Assembly: GCA_031277805.1 (NCBI GenBank)
Contig: JAITLR010000010.1
Coordinates: 7,256-71,255 of the forward strand
Source: Comamonas sp.
GTDB taxonomy: Bacteria > Pseudomonadota > Gammaproteobacteria > Burkholderiales > Burkholderiaceae_C
DNA: 64,000 nucleotides
Reading direction: 5' to 3'
Numbering within the stretch: the first letter of the stretch is position 1; each line of letters begins with the position of its first letter. Shown in pieces: positions 48,334 through 57,353 of this stretch. The translations under genes and the position numbers were made by a program. The notes beneath the pieces were generated by a model that was given only the letters and a program-made list of their open reading frames with translations, was not told where the DNA came from and ran no database searches.

Positions 48334-49659
48334 TTACCTGATCAGCATCTGCAAATTCCGCAACAGCGCGCCTGCATGAGAAATCACAAACAGCAGCAGG
48401 CCTATGGCGCCTCCCACCAACGTACCGTTGATGCGTATGTATTGCAGGTCCTTGCCGATATGCGCCTCGATCAGCATGGACAGCTGCTCGGCATCCCAGC
48501 GTTTGACGGTGTCTGCAATGTGCTGGCCTATGAATTGCGAAACATCGGGGGCCAGCGTCGTGGCCCAGCGCTTGAGGCGCTCGTTCATCGACTGACGCAG
48601 CGCCTCGTCATGTGCCAGCGCCTGACCCAGCCAGCGCCCCATGACGGCAGCGCGCCGCGCCAGCGCGGAGTTTTCATCGGCCAGATCGCGCTCCAGCCTG
48701 GCGCGCCAGCCCAGCCACAGCTCACGCAGATAGGCCGCGAGCTTTTCGTCATGCAACAGATAGTTGCGCAGCTTTTCCACGCGTTCCGCATAAACGGGAT
48801 CGCTTTGCAGGCCGTCTATCAGACGGTGCACCGATTCATCAAAGGCCTCGCGCAAACGATGGTCAGGGTTGTGCGCCACGTCCTGCAGCAGACTGTCCAG
48901 TGCGCTGGCAATCAAGCTGGCCCCTTTGTCGCTGAGCCAGTCCGTGGGCAGCATTTTTTCCTTGATCGGGTGCTCGCGCTTGAGCCACACCACAATCGTC
49001 TGTGCAATCAGCACATGGGTCTGTTCCTGCCGCAGCACACGGCTGATGCGCGCCAGCACATCGTCCAGCACCTCCTGATGGCGCCCACCGGAAGTCAGCC
49101 CCGAAAGCAACGATGCGGCCGTGCGCGACAGATCCACATGCTGCATCACGGCCTTGAGCGACTGGGTCAGAAATTTCTCGACCTGCTTGTCCTGCACCAT
49201 CTCCAGTGCAGCCAGCGCCAGGCGCGCCACCTGTCTGCCCAACAGCTGGCTGTTGGCGGAAGCCGTCAGCCAGTCCGCCAGGAACTGTGCCGGGTTGTTG
49301 CGCTCAATCAGCGCGACCAACGACGGCGCGTCGAGAAACTTGTCGCGCACAAACACCGCCAGGTTTTCACCAATACGGTCCTTGTTGCGCGGGATGATGG
49401 CCGTGTGCCGCCCCACCAGCGGCAGCGGGATATGGCGAAACAGGGCCGTCACGGCAAACCAGTCGGCCAGCGCCCCGACCATCGCCGCTTCGCAAATGCC
49501 GCGCAGGCAGACCAGCCATAGCGGCACGGCCTGCCCCTCTATGGCCCAGCGCGAGCCCGCCAGCGCAGTGGCAATAAAGCCGGCCGTGACGACCAGCAAA
49601 AGAATCAGAGGCAAGCGCTTGGCTTGTTGCAACGACAGGCGTTGTTCAGGCGTGAGCAT
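48334..49659 (-). CDS. DUF445 family membrane protein (YjiN-like)
   Basis: EAAMVGALADWFAVTALFRH, HTAIIPRNKDRIG and GKDLQYIRINGTLVGG motifs. Confidence 0.92.
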   Translation of the reverse strand: MLTPEQRLSLQQAKRLPLILLLVVTAGFIATALAGSRWAIEGQAVPLWLVCLRGICEAAMVGALADWFAVTALFRHIPLPLVGRHTAIIPRNKDRIGENLAVFVRDKFLDAPSLVALIERNNPAQFLADWLTASANSQLLGRQVARLALAALEMVQDKQVEKFLTQSLKAVMQHVDLSRTAASLLSGLTSGGRHQEVLDDVLARISRVLRQEQTHVLIAQTIVVWLKREHPIKEKMLPTDWLSDKGASLIASALDSLLQDVAHNPDHRLREAFDESVHRLIDGLQSDPVYAERVEKLRNYLLHDEKLAAYLRELWLGWRARLERDLADENSALARRAAVMGRWLGQALAHDEALRQSMNERLKRWATTLAPDVSQFIGQHIADTVKRWDAEQLSMLIEAHIGKDLQYIRINGTLVGGAIGLLLFVISHAGALLRNLQMLIR

Positions 49660-49726
49660 GCGCTAGAGCATACGGCCTCTCGCCCCGCTCGTCTTCAGCC
49701 CGAGGCTGCTGCCAGCATCGGACGGC

Positions 49727-50857
49727 TCAGCCGGCCTTGACGTTTGCCGTGGAACCGGCAAGCCGCTTGTCCTGGTTCCAGGGCCACCAGCTTTCCTCGA
49801 AGCGCACATCGATGGGCAGGCGATTGACGCGGTGTTCGACCGGCAAGGCCTGCAGCGGATGCAGCTTGACCACCACCGCGGCGCTCTGCGACTCCATCGG
49901 GCCCACGCGCTCGGGCGGGATGCGCTGGGTTTCCGAGAACACCTCGTCAACCTCGGCCGGTACCTTCTGCCCGTCCAGGAAGACCAGCGTGGCCTTCTGG
50001 CCCTTGCGCGCGTACTTCAGGTGCTGGGGCGTCAGATAGGCCTGGATCCAGGGCGCCTTGCGCGTCTGCAGCACCATCAGCTCGTCTCCGGCCACCACCC
50101 ATTCGCCGGTCTTGACGAAGCTGCGGACCACCTGCGAAGGCACGGGTGCCATCAGATCCGCAACCGGCGTGACGTTGCCGGCCTGTGCCAGGCCGACGGC
50201 CTGGCGCGTGGCCGCCGCATCCTTGGCCGCCTGCAGGTACAGGGCGCTCTGCTGCTGGCTGGCAGCCAGGATTTCGCGCTGGGTTCGGCCTATCTCGGCC
50301 TGGGCCTGCAGCATCTGCAAGCGCGCTGCATCCACCTCCTGGCGCGTGGCCGCGCCCTGGCGGAACAGCTCGTCCATCTGCCGCACGCGGTCCTGCATCA
50401 AAGACATGCGACCCTGCGCAGCCTGCAGGCTGGACTGCAAGGCCTTTTGCTGGCCCTGCAGATCCTGGCGCTGCATCGCATAGGTGTGATCGGCAGAACC
50501 GGCCGCAGCTCCCGCAGCCTGCGCCGCACCGGCCGCTGGCGCGGGTACCTGGTTTTGCACCACACGCAGCACGCGCGCACCCTGCTCGGCAGCCTGCCCT
50601 TCCGGAGCCACCTGCTCCACCTGCCCCGTGATCGGCGCCCGCATCACCATCTGGTCGACGACCACCATGCCGGGCGAAGCGCGCAGCACCGTACTGCTCA
50701 CGGCCTTGTAGACGAAGTACAAAGGGATCAGCAGCACGATGCCCAGCACCAGATACCAGCGCCAGCGCGGCACCATGCGCTTGACGTTGTCGTACTTGAC
50801 GGGGATGCCATTGCTGACCTCCGCCGAAGCCGGCGGGGCATTGAATTGGATCTTCAC
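49727..50857 (-). CDS. HlyD/MFP family periplasmic adaptor
   Basis: Single TM (RWRWYLVLGIVLLIPL), split lipoyl halves (RAPITGQV; MAPVPSQV…KTGEWV) around a coiled coil. The GTG start overlaps the upstream stop. Confidence 0.85.
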   Translation of the reverse strand: MKIQFNAPPASAEVSNGIPVKYDNVKRMVPRWRWYLVLGIVLLIPLYFVYKAVSSTVLRASPGMVVVDQMVMRAPITGQVEQVAPEGQAAEQGARVLRVVQNQVPAPAAGAAQAAGAAAGSADHTYAMQRQDLQGQQKALQSSLQAAQGRMSLMQDRVRQMDELFRQGAATRQEVDAARLQMLQAQAEIGRTQREILAASQQQSALYLQAAKDAAATRQAVGLAQAGNVTPVADLMAPVPSQVVRSFVKTGEWVVAGDELMVLQTRKAPWIQAYLTPQHLKYARKGQKATLVFLDGQKVPAEVDEVFSETQRIPPERVGPMESQSAAVVVKLHPLQALPVEHRVNRLPIDVRFEESWWPWNQDKRLAGSTANVKAG

Positions 50858-53121
50858 GGTTGAGCCTCCATATAGTCTTCCCAGGACTGCACGACGATGC
50901 CTTTGAAACCAGGCACCGTCCGCAGCGATTGCGCCACGCCCTGCCAATGAACCAGCGCCTGGCGCCGGCCCATGCGAAACACACTCTCTTCCGAGGGCAA
51001 TTCCTTTTCGATGCTTTGCGCCACGGCCAGGTCCAGTCCCTGCGGCATGGGCGGCAGCTGCTTGATCGCGCTCACCGTGCTCTGCGCATTGGCGCTGTAA
51101 ATCATGGGCACGACTTCCTTGACACCCGCCTTCTGCAGGGCCTGTAGAAAGCCCGGTTCACGCAGTTCGCGGTGGTGGGTCGTCAGCGAAATCGGCAGGC
51201 GACTCTGGGTTACTGCCTCCTGCAGGCTGTCGAGCACATTGCGGCCCCAGTCCTTTTGCTGCGCCTCGGGCAATTGGCTGCGCTCCAGGTCCAGGTGGAT
51301 CATGCCGAACGGCATGGATTGCACCTTCTGCAGCAGCGCCAGCATGTTGCCGCGCCCCTTGGGCAGCACCCAGGTCGGCTCGCCCAGCAGCAACTCCAGC
51401 CGGATGCCTCGCTGGCGTGCACGCTGCGCCAGTCGCTCCAGCCCCTGGCGTGCCTGCTCGTCGGCCGTCAGACGCTGCAGTTGCTCTTCGGTGAACGACA
51501 CCAGAAGGCGCTGCGTGCCTTGTGGCAGCTGGTCAATGCGGGCCGGCTGCCCCACCCATTGCCAGCCTTTCCACGAATACCAGCCGGTTCCCGCAGGCGC
51601 GGCCGTCGCAGCGGCTGCAACGGGTTTGACAACGCCCTCCTCCTCGCCGGGCCGGGCCTGCTGCGCCACTGCTACCGGGCCGTCGGCGCCCCCAGTGGAA
51701 GCAGCACCAGTGCGCTGCAGCACTGCGGCCAGCGGGTCGTCGCTGCGCATCTGCAGGCTGCAGCCACGCGTGTAGTACAGCATGTCCATGGCTGCCAGAT
51801 CTTCCTCTTCGGCGGCGCTGATATAGCGCACCGCCGCTTCGTAGCGGCCATTGCCGGCCTTGATAGCCTGCACCATGCCATCGCCGTCGAGGCTGGGCGC
51901 GCGCAGCTGCGCCACGCGCAGCCCTTCGATGGCCGCGGCATAGCGCTGGGCGCTGCTCTTGAGCTCACCCTGGCTCAGCCTGTACTGCTCCAGCACGGTC
52001 TGCTGCTCCAGTTGCAGCTTGCCCTGAGTCTGCGCGTATTGCTCGGCCGCCTCGTCATACTTGCCCTGCAGCTTGGCCGCCATCGCATCCTTCTGATCGC
52101 GCCATTGCAGCGGGATGGACACATCCACCGCCACGGCCGTCGCATGGCCGGGGCTGCCACCGAAATCCTTGCTCAGGCTCTGGCTCAGCTGCACTCCGCC
52201 CGTCACTCCGCCATAACGCGTGTGTTGAGCCTGCTCCCGCACTCCTTCCATCGCATAGCGTGCGGATTCCAGCGCGGGATGCGTGTTGAGCGCGTCCTGC
52301 AGCATGGCCGGGTTCATGCAGGTCTGCGGCATGGTCAGGGCCGGCACCGGCTGGGCGCGCAGACGGCGTCCGGTCAGGAAGCTCATTTGCTGCAAGGCTG
52401 CGCGCTGCACCTCCTTCTCCCTAGCCACGCGGTTCTGTGCGGCCTCGTAGTAGCCCTGCAGGTCCAATCCTTCCGAGCGCAGCATGTGGCCGCCGGCCAC
52501 GCGCTCCCGCAGCCTGCCCTCGATCTGGGAGCGCGTGGACAGATAGGCCTGCGCCACTTGCTCGCGCTGCTGGCTGCGCAGATAGCGCACATACAGACGT
52601 CCCAGCTCCGTCACGGCCTGAACCTGCAGCAGCTGGGTCTGCGCGGCGCTGCTCAGTTGCTCGGTTCTGGCCTCCTGCACATTGCGCCGGCGTGCCTCCT
52701 CGGCACCCAGAAAACTCCAGCGCAGACCAGCCTGCCCCGACAGGCGGCTGTAGTTGCGGTTCAGGGTATCCGTCACCGGCTCCTTGGCCCGTGCCAGGCC
52801 GGCAGCCGCGACAAGCCGTGCGCCATTGTCCGACTCGACCACCTTGAGGTTGCTGCTGGCCACATGCTCCTTGAGACGCGCCAGCCGCACGGCTGGCCCC
52901 TGCTCCGCGCTCCAGGCCTGCAGGTCGGCCCAGCTCCAGGGCAGGCCCGTGTCGGCAGCAGCGGCAGGGGCAGCATGTGCAACAGGTGCCGCGGACACGG
53001 CCGTCTGTGCGCTCGCGCTCGTTCCCAGCATGGAAGCCAGCAGGCTGACGCCTATCAGGCCGCTCAGGGCACGGACGCGGTGCGGCCTACCCGGCAGGTA
53101 GTGAAGGGAAAATGGTTTCAT
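50854..53121 (-). CDS. TolC-like outer-membrane factor fused to a C-terminal glycoside-hydrolase-like barrel
   Basis: Signal peptide and OEP-type helical repeats (HPALESAR, VDVSIPL), then an Ala/Pro linker and about 240 aa with GIRLELLLGEPTW, MIHLDLE, VVPMIY and FKGIVVQ. Confidence 0.72.
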   Translation of the reverse strand: MKPFSLHYLPGRPHRVRALSGLIGVSLLASMLGTSASAQTAVSAAPVAHAAPAAAADTGLPWSWADLQAWSAEQGPAVRLARLKEHVASSNLKVVESDNGARLVAAAGLARAKEPVTDTLNRNYSRLSGQAGLRWSFLGAEEARRRNVQEARTEQLSSAAQTQLLQVQAVTELGRLYVRYLRSQQREQVAQAYLSTRSQIEGRLRERVAGGHMLRSEGLDLQGYYEAAQNRVAREKEVQRAALQQMSFLTGRRLRAQPVPALTMPQTCMNPAMLQDALNTHPALESARYAMEGVREQAQHTRYGGVTGGVQLSQSLSKDFGGSPGHATAVAVDVSIPLQWRDQKDAMAAKLQGKYDEAAEQYAQTQGKLQLEQQTVLEQYRLSQGELKSSAQRYAAAIEGLRVAQLRAPSLDGDGMVQAIKAGNGRYEAAVRYISAAEEEDLAAMDMLYYTRGCSLQMRSDDPLAAVLQRTGAASTGGADGPVAVAQQARPGEEEGVVKPVAAAATAAPAGTGWYSWKGWQWVGQPARIDQLPQGTQRLLVSFTEEQLQRLTADEQARQGLERLAQRARQRGIRLELLLGEPTWVLPKGRGNMLALLQKVQSMPFGMIHLDLERSQLPEAQQKDWGRNVLDSLQEAVTQSRLPISLTTHHRELREPGFLQALQKAGVKEVVPMIYSANAQSTVSAIKQLPPMPQGLDLAVAQSIEKELPSEESVFRMGRRQALVHWQGVAQSLRTVPGFKGIVVQSWEDYMEAQP

Positions 53122-53131
53122 GCGTTGATTT

Positions 53132-54457
53132 TTAGAATTTGTTCTTGCGCAGCACCCAGTTGGGCGCCATGGACGAGTCCAGATGCGAATGGGTCAGTGC
53201 TTCCACCAGGATGGCGTAGCCGCTGTGCACCCGGGTCACGAAGGCAAAGAGCGGAAACAGCGGCAGGTACGGCAGATAGGACAGGTCCAGCCGGATGCGC
53301 TCCGACACCGTGGCCAGGTAGACCAGGTAATAGGCCAGCAGCAGCAACAGATAGCCCAGGTAGACGAAAGCCAGCGTGCCCAGCACGATGCCCAGCGGCT
53401 GGATGAACAGCAGCATTGCCAGCGATCCCACGATCAGATAGGGCAGTACCAGCTGCATGAGCAGGCCGTTGACGAGGGTGAACAGGAAATTCGGCCATCC
53501 CAGCAGCGAAGGCCGCAGGTTGAAACGGTACTTGCGTACGAACAGGTAGTACATATCCCCGTCCCAGCGCAAACGCTGCTTGAAGAACACGCGCCAGGAC
53601 TCCGGTGCGTCGGTATGTCCCATGGCATGCGGCTCGAATTTGATGCGCATGCCACCGTGACGGCCGAAGTACTGCTTGATGCGCAGCGTCATGTCCAGGT
53701 CCTCCGCCGTGCCCGCGTCCCAGCCGCCCAGGTGCCGGACCAGCGAAGTCCGGAACACGCCGAAAGCGCCCGAAATGTTGTTGACGATGTTGAACTCGGA
53801 CAGGCCCGTTTTGCCGCCGCTGATGGAGAGCATGTATTCCAGCCCCTGCATCTTGGTCACCATGTTTTTGCCCTGGTTGCGCACACGCAGATTGCCCGCA
53901 ACCCCTGCCACCAATGGATCGTCGAAATGGCGCGTGGCGTTCTCCACCATGTCGTTGTCGAACGAGGTATCTCCGTCCAGTGCCATCACCACTTCGCCTG
54001 TGGCCAGCGTCAGCCCCGCGTTCAGCGATGACACCCGGCCGCCGCGCTGCCACTTGGGCAACACAGTGACTTCGCGCCCTTCGGTATCTTCCCAACGCTT
54101 GGCTTCGGACAGCGCCGCGTGCAGCGTGTCGCTGTTCTTGATGGCTCCATCGATGATCGGGATGATCTGGATGCACCCCGCATAGCGCTGGTTCACCAGG
54201 GAGCTGATGGTCTTGCGCACATCATCACCCTCGGAATAACAGGTGATCAGGCAGGACACGGACGGGTACTGCAGGCGCCGGAGCGGAGCGCGCCAATGGC
54301 ACAGCCCAAAGCGCAGCATCCCTCCAACGACCAGCGCATAGAACGGCAGTTCCAGCAGGACGACAAACGGGAACAGATTGAATGCCAGGTCCCATGCGCC
54401 CCGCGTGCTGAAGCTGTGCGCCAGCAGCCAGAAAGATTCCACAAACTGCTGCCACAT
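53132..54457 (-). CDS. Processive family 2 glycosyltransferase (PgaC/IcaA/HAS/NodC-like)
   Basis: N-terminal TM segment, IIDG, LDGDT (DxD), SGAFGVFR, TAED and QRLRW motifs, C-terminal TM segments. Confidence 0.92.
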   Translation of the reverse strand: MWQQFVESFWLLAHSFSTRGAWDLAFNLFPFVVLLELPFYALVVGGMLRFGLCHWRAPLRRLQYPSVSCLITCYSEGDDVRKTISSLVNQRYAGCIQIIPIIDGAIKNSDTLHAALSEAKRWEDTEGREVTVLPKWQRGGRVSSLNAGLTLATGEVVMALDGDTSFDNDMVENATRHFDDPLVAGVAGNLRVRNQGKNMVTKMQGLEYMLSISGGKTGLSEFNIVNNISGAFGVFRTSLVRHLGGWDAGTAEDLDMTLRIKQYFGRHGGMRIKFEPHAMGHTDAPESWRVFFKQRLRWDGDMYYLFVRKYRFNLRPSLLGWPNFLFTLVNGLLMQLVLPYLIVGSLAMLLFIQPLGIVLGTLAFVYLGYLLLLLAYYLVYLATVSERIRLDLSYLPYLPLFPLFAFVTRVHSGYAILVEALTHSHLDSSMAPNWVLRKNKF

Positions 54458-54459
54458 CG

Positions 54460-55872
54460 TCAGGCCTCTTGCAGAGAGTCGGCCTGCATCTTCTGCATCA
54501 GATTGCTTGCGGACGGTGCTTCTCTGCCGTCTGTCATGGTCTTGACCTCCATGCTGCGCAGGTGCACCGACAGGGCCAGATGCTTGGATTCACCCTCTTC
54601 CCCAGCCAGTTTTTCCATGGTTTTTTCAATGCGGCTTTGCAGGCCCTGCGGCATCGTGTATGGCAGGATCACCCACAGGCTGTGCTCGTCCACGCGGGTA
54701 ATCAGGTCAGACTCGCGCAGCTGAGCATTCAGGCGTACGGCGAGCTCGTCCAGCAGCTCGGTGATCTGCCAGGGGCTGAGCTGCTGCTCCGGCCGCCCCT
54801 TGTGTTCAAGCTCCATGCGCATCAGATGGAAGCTGAACTGCGGGTTGCGCGCCTGGATGTCGCTGGCCCAGTCCAACATGCGCTTGAAGCCCTGCGGGTC
54901 CACATAGTTGCGCGCCTTCAGCGGCGGGTAGGCCTCGCCCACGCCTCCATTGCGCACAGCCTGGCGCCCACTGGCGCTCAGCAGCAGCGTGGCCACCTCG
55001 CACACTTCCAGCTCGTCGGGCGTACTCGTGCGCGCACAGTCCAGGCAGCGCGCCTGCACCATGGAATCGACCGAGGAGCGCTGGCAGCTGCGGCAGTGAT
55101 ACTGGGCCAGCGGCTTGTCGTAATCCACGCCGATGTGGCGCAGGTGCACATGGCATTTGGGGCAAGCCAGCGCGCCCCCTTCGACGAACTGCGATTCTGC
55201 GCTGACATGGCCGCAGGCAAAGCAGTGCAGTGTCGACTCGCGGCGGATGTCCAGGCTCTGGCAATGCGGGCACACGTCCACGAAATGGATGTGCGCCGAG
55301 CCGCAGCCCGAGCACAGCCGGGTGCGGTCCACCAGCCCCTCGGAGCGCAACAGCCCACGACGGCGCAGCTCCTCCAGTGTCTGGGACACGTTCTCCTGCG
55401 CCCAGGCCAGTTGCTCCGCGACCGGATAGCGGTAAAGCTGGTCGCTGTCGCGATCAAGCAGCGGCCGAAAGCCCGCCTGCTGTCCGCGTTCATAGAGGAA
55501 GTACAGCAGACGCTCCTCCAACCCCAGTACATCGCCTGGATCGGGCAGCATCTGGCGACGCAAGGCCATGCCTTCGGTGACTTCATGTGCCCGCTCCACG
55601 CTGCACAGCGCATCCACGTACAGCTGCGCGTCGCGCAGCGCCGGCTCCGCAAAAATCGGCAGATTCCACCAATCGCTCTGGCGGATGCGATTGAGCCAGC
55701 CACGCCAGACCTGGTGCGGTACGACACGCAGATAAATGCCCTGCGGCTGCACGCCAGAGCGCATCAGCGCATCCAGATCCGGGTAGGTGACAGTTCGCTC
55801 TGACTCAGAGACGGCGGTAGTGGGCGGCCCCAGAAAAACCAAGCCTGCCTTGGTGCCGATAGCAGTATCCAT
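54460..55872 (-). CDS. Multi-zinc-ribbon (TackOD1-like) protein with a degenerate GGDEF domain
   Basis: Six CxxC pairs, including HCFACGH and CPKC…LRHIGVDY. C-terminal LRESDLITRVDEHSLWVILP. AGGAG RBS before ATG 55872. Confidence 0.8.
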   Translation of the reverse strand: MDTAIGTKAGLVFLGPPTTAVSESERTVTYPDLDALMRSGVQPQGIYLRVVPHQVWRGWLNRIRQSDWWNLPIFAEPALRDAQLYVDALCSVERAHEVTEGMALRRQMLPDPGDVLGLEERLLYFLYERGQQAGFRPLLDRDSDQLYRYPVAEQLAWAQENVSQTLEELRRRGLLRSEGLVDRTRLCSGCGSAHIHFVDVCPHCQSLDIRRESTLHCFACGHVSAESQFVEGGALACPKCHVHLRHIGVDYDKPLAQYHCRSCQRSSVDSMVQARCLDCARTSTPDELEVCEVATLLLSASGRQAVRNGGVGEAYPPLKARNYVDPQGFKRMLDWASDIQARNPQFSFHLMRMELEHKGRPEQQLSPWQITELLDELAVRLNAQLRESDLITRVDEHSLWVILPYTMPQGLQSRIEKTMEKLAGEEGESKHLALSVHLRSMEVKTMTDGREAPSASNLMQKMQADSLQEA

Positions 55873-56392
55873 CCGACTCTCCTGTGTTATGCACGCCAGG
55901 CTGAAGCAGCCCAAAGCGCGGTTTCGGAGAGGTCATTTTTCGGTTTAAAAGTGAAGCTTCGGCCACCGTTTTCATGGCTTTTAAATTTTGAAAACCAAGT
56001 TGCCTTTGGCAAACAAACAGGCCGCAGAACCGTTACGCTACATCCACATACAGAGTTGGACATTCACGCTGTTCCGGCCTTATCAATTCGGGTTTTCATC
56101 AACCCGGACTTCCCTTGGGTTTCTCGGGGTGGCAACGCAAACCGACACAAAAAGCCACCTTCGATACACATGAGCAGCGACTCGGCGAAAACTGTATGCA
56201 GACATGTAAAACCGGACCAGCCATCTGGCCCGCGTGCAGGTAACATTTGCGGCAGTCAATAACCCCAAAAATTGCCAAAAGTAGTCCAAGGACTTGTTTT
56301 CATGAAGGAAGAAAAGCGGGGACTCGTGACATAAAGCTCACCGTCCGAACCGGCAAAGCAGAGGACAATAGGCGTTTTTGGATCCGCACGAC

Positions 56393-56638
56393 ATGACCGA
56401 CACACAACGCCCCGAACTGCCCGACCACCTGTCCATCGACCCTCGCAGCCCCCACCATGTGGCCGCCGTGTTCGAGCACGACATCGGCATCCGCTTCAAT
56501 GACAAGGAACGTTTTGACGTGGAGGAATACTGCGTCAGCGAAGGCTGGGTCAAGGTGCCTCACGGCAAGGCCCTGGACCGCAAGGGCAAGCCCCTGCTGA
56601 TCAAGATCAAGGGCAAGGTCGAAGCCTACTACCGCTAA
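56393..56638 (+). CDS. DUF3297 family protein
   Basis: LPDHLSIDPRSP…GIRFNDKER-DVEEYCVSEGWV…KGKVEAYY. Confidence 0.85.
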   Translation: MTDTQRPELPDHLSIDPRSPHHVAAVFEHDIGIRFNDKERFDVEEYCVSEGWVKVPHGKALDRKGKPLLIKIKGKVEAYYR

Positions 56639-56648
56639 AACCGCACTC

Positions 56649-57353
56649 ATGGCCGCACACCGTCCGGGAAAGCGCCAGCTCAAACGCGAGCGCGAGGCCG
56701 TGCGGCCCTATTCACGCAGTCAGCTGGCCAATGACCAGAGGCAGCAAAGCGAGTTGCATCGCCAGATGACGCTGGCCCACCTGCAATGGCTGCAGCCCCA
56801 TCTGCCGCCGGACTGGCGTCGCTGGTCACAGCAGGTGCTGCAGCAGGATGCTGCCGACACCCGACACGGGCTTTGCTGCAGTGCCGTTCTCGGCATGGAC
56901 ATGCCGCTGCTGCAGCGTTTTATGCAAGTGATCCCTGCACCGGACAAGCTCTATGTGCACAGCCTGAGCGACACCGAAGCACTGGTCTTCGACAATGCCG
57001 GCCACGCCTTTGCAGCCCGGCTGCAGCAGGCGCAGATCGCCGACTGGCAGACCAGCGCTGCGCAGACCACGGAGTTTGAAACCCGGTTGCGCGCTGTGGA
57101 TGCCACAGCCCTGCATGCCGCATGGCAGCAGTTTTCCGACGAAATGGACCAGCCCGTCAACCTGGGCCAGTTCGGCATTCAGGTCTTTGACGCGGGCCTC
57201 GATGAACAGCGCCTGGTCTGCATCTCGCCCATCACACTGGACTGGATGGAGCACTACTGCAACATCGACACCAACTGCCGCTGGTTCAACGGCGTCAGCC
57301 GCATCATGGATGGAGCAGAGATTGCTCACACCATGAGCCATGGCAGGGATTGA
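56649..57353 (+). CDS. Hypothetical protein
   Basis: 234 aa ORF 10 bp after DUF3297, with host-like codons and a basic N-terminus; no motif recognised. Confidence 0.65.
   Translation: MAAHRPGKRQLKREREAVRPYSRSQLANDQRQQSELHRQMTLAHLQWLQPHLPPDWRRWSQQVLQQDAADTRHGLCCSAVLGMDMPLLQRFMQVIPAPDKLYVHSLSDTEALVFDNAGHAFAARLQQAQIADWQTSAAQTTEFETRLRAVDATALHAAWQQFSDEMDQPVNLGQFGIQVFDAGLDEQRLVCISPITLDWMEHYCNIDTNCRWFNGVSRIMDGAEIAHTMSHGRD

Noticed and set aside
55873-56300. Possible c-di-GMP-I or -II riboswitch
   Set aside because: No GGCAAAC…GAAA…GACGCAAAGC-type core found by eye on the coding strand; needs an Infernal scan.
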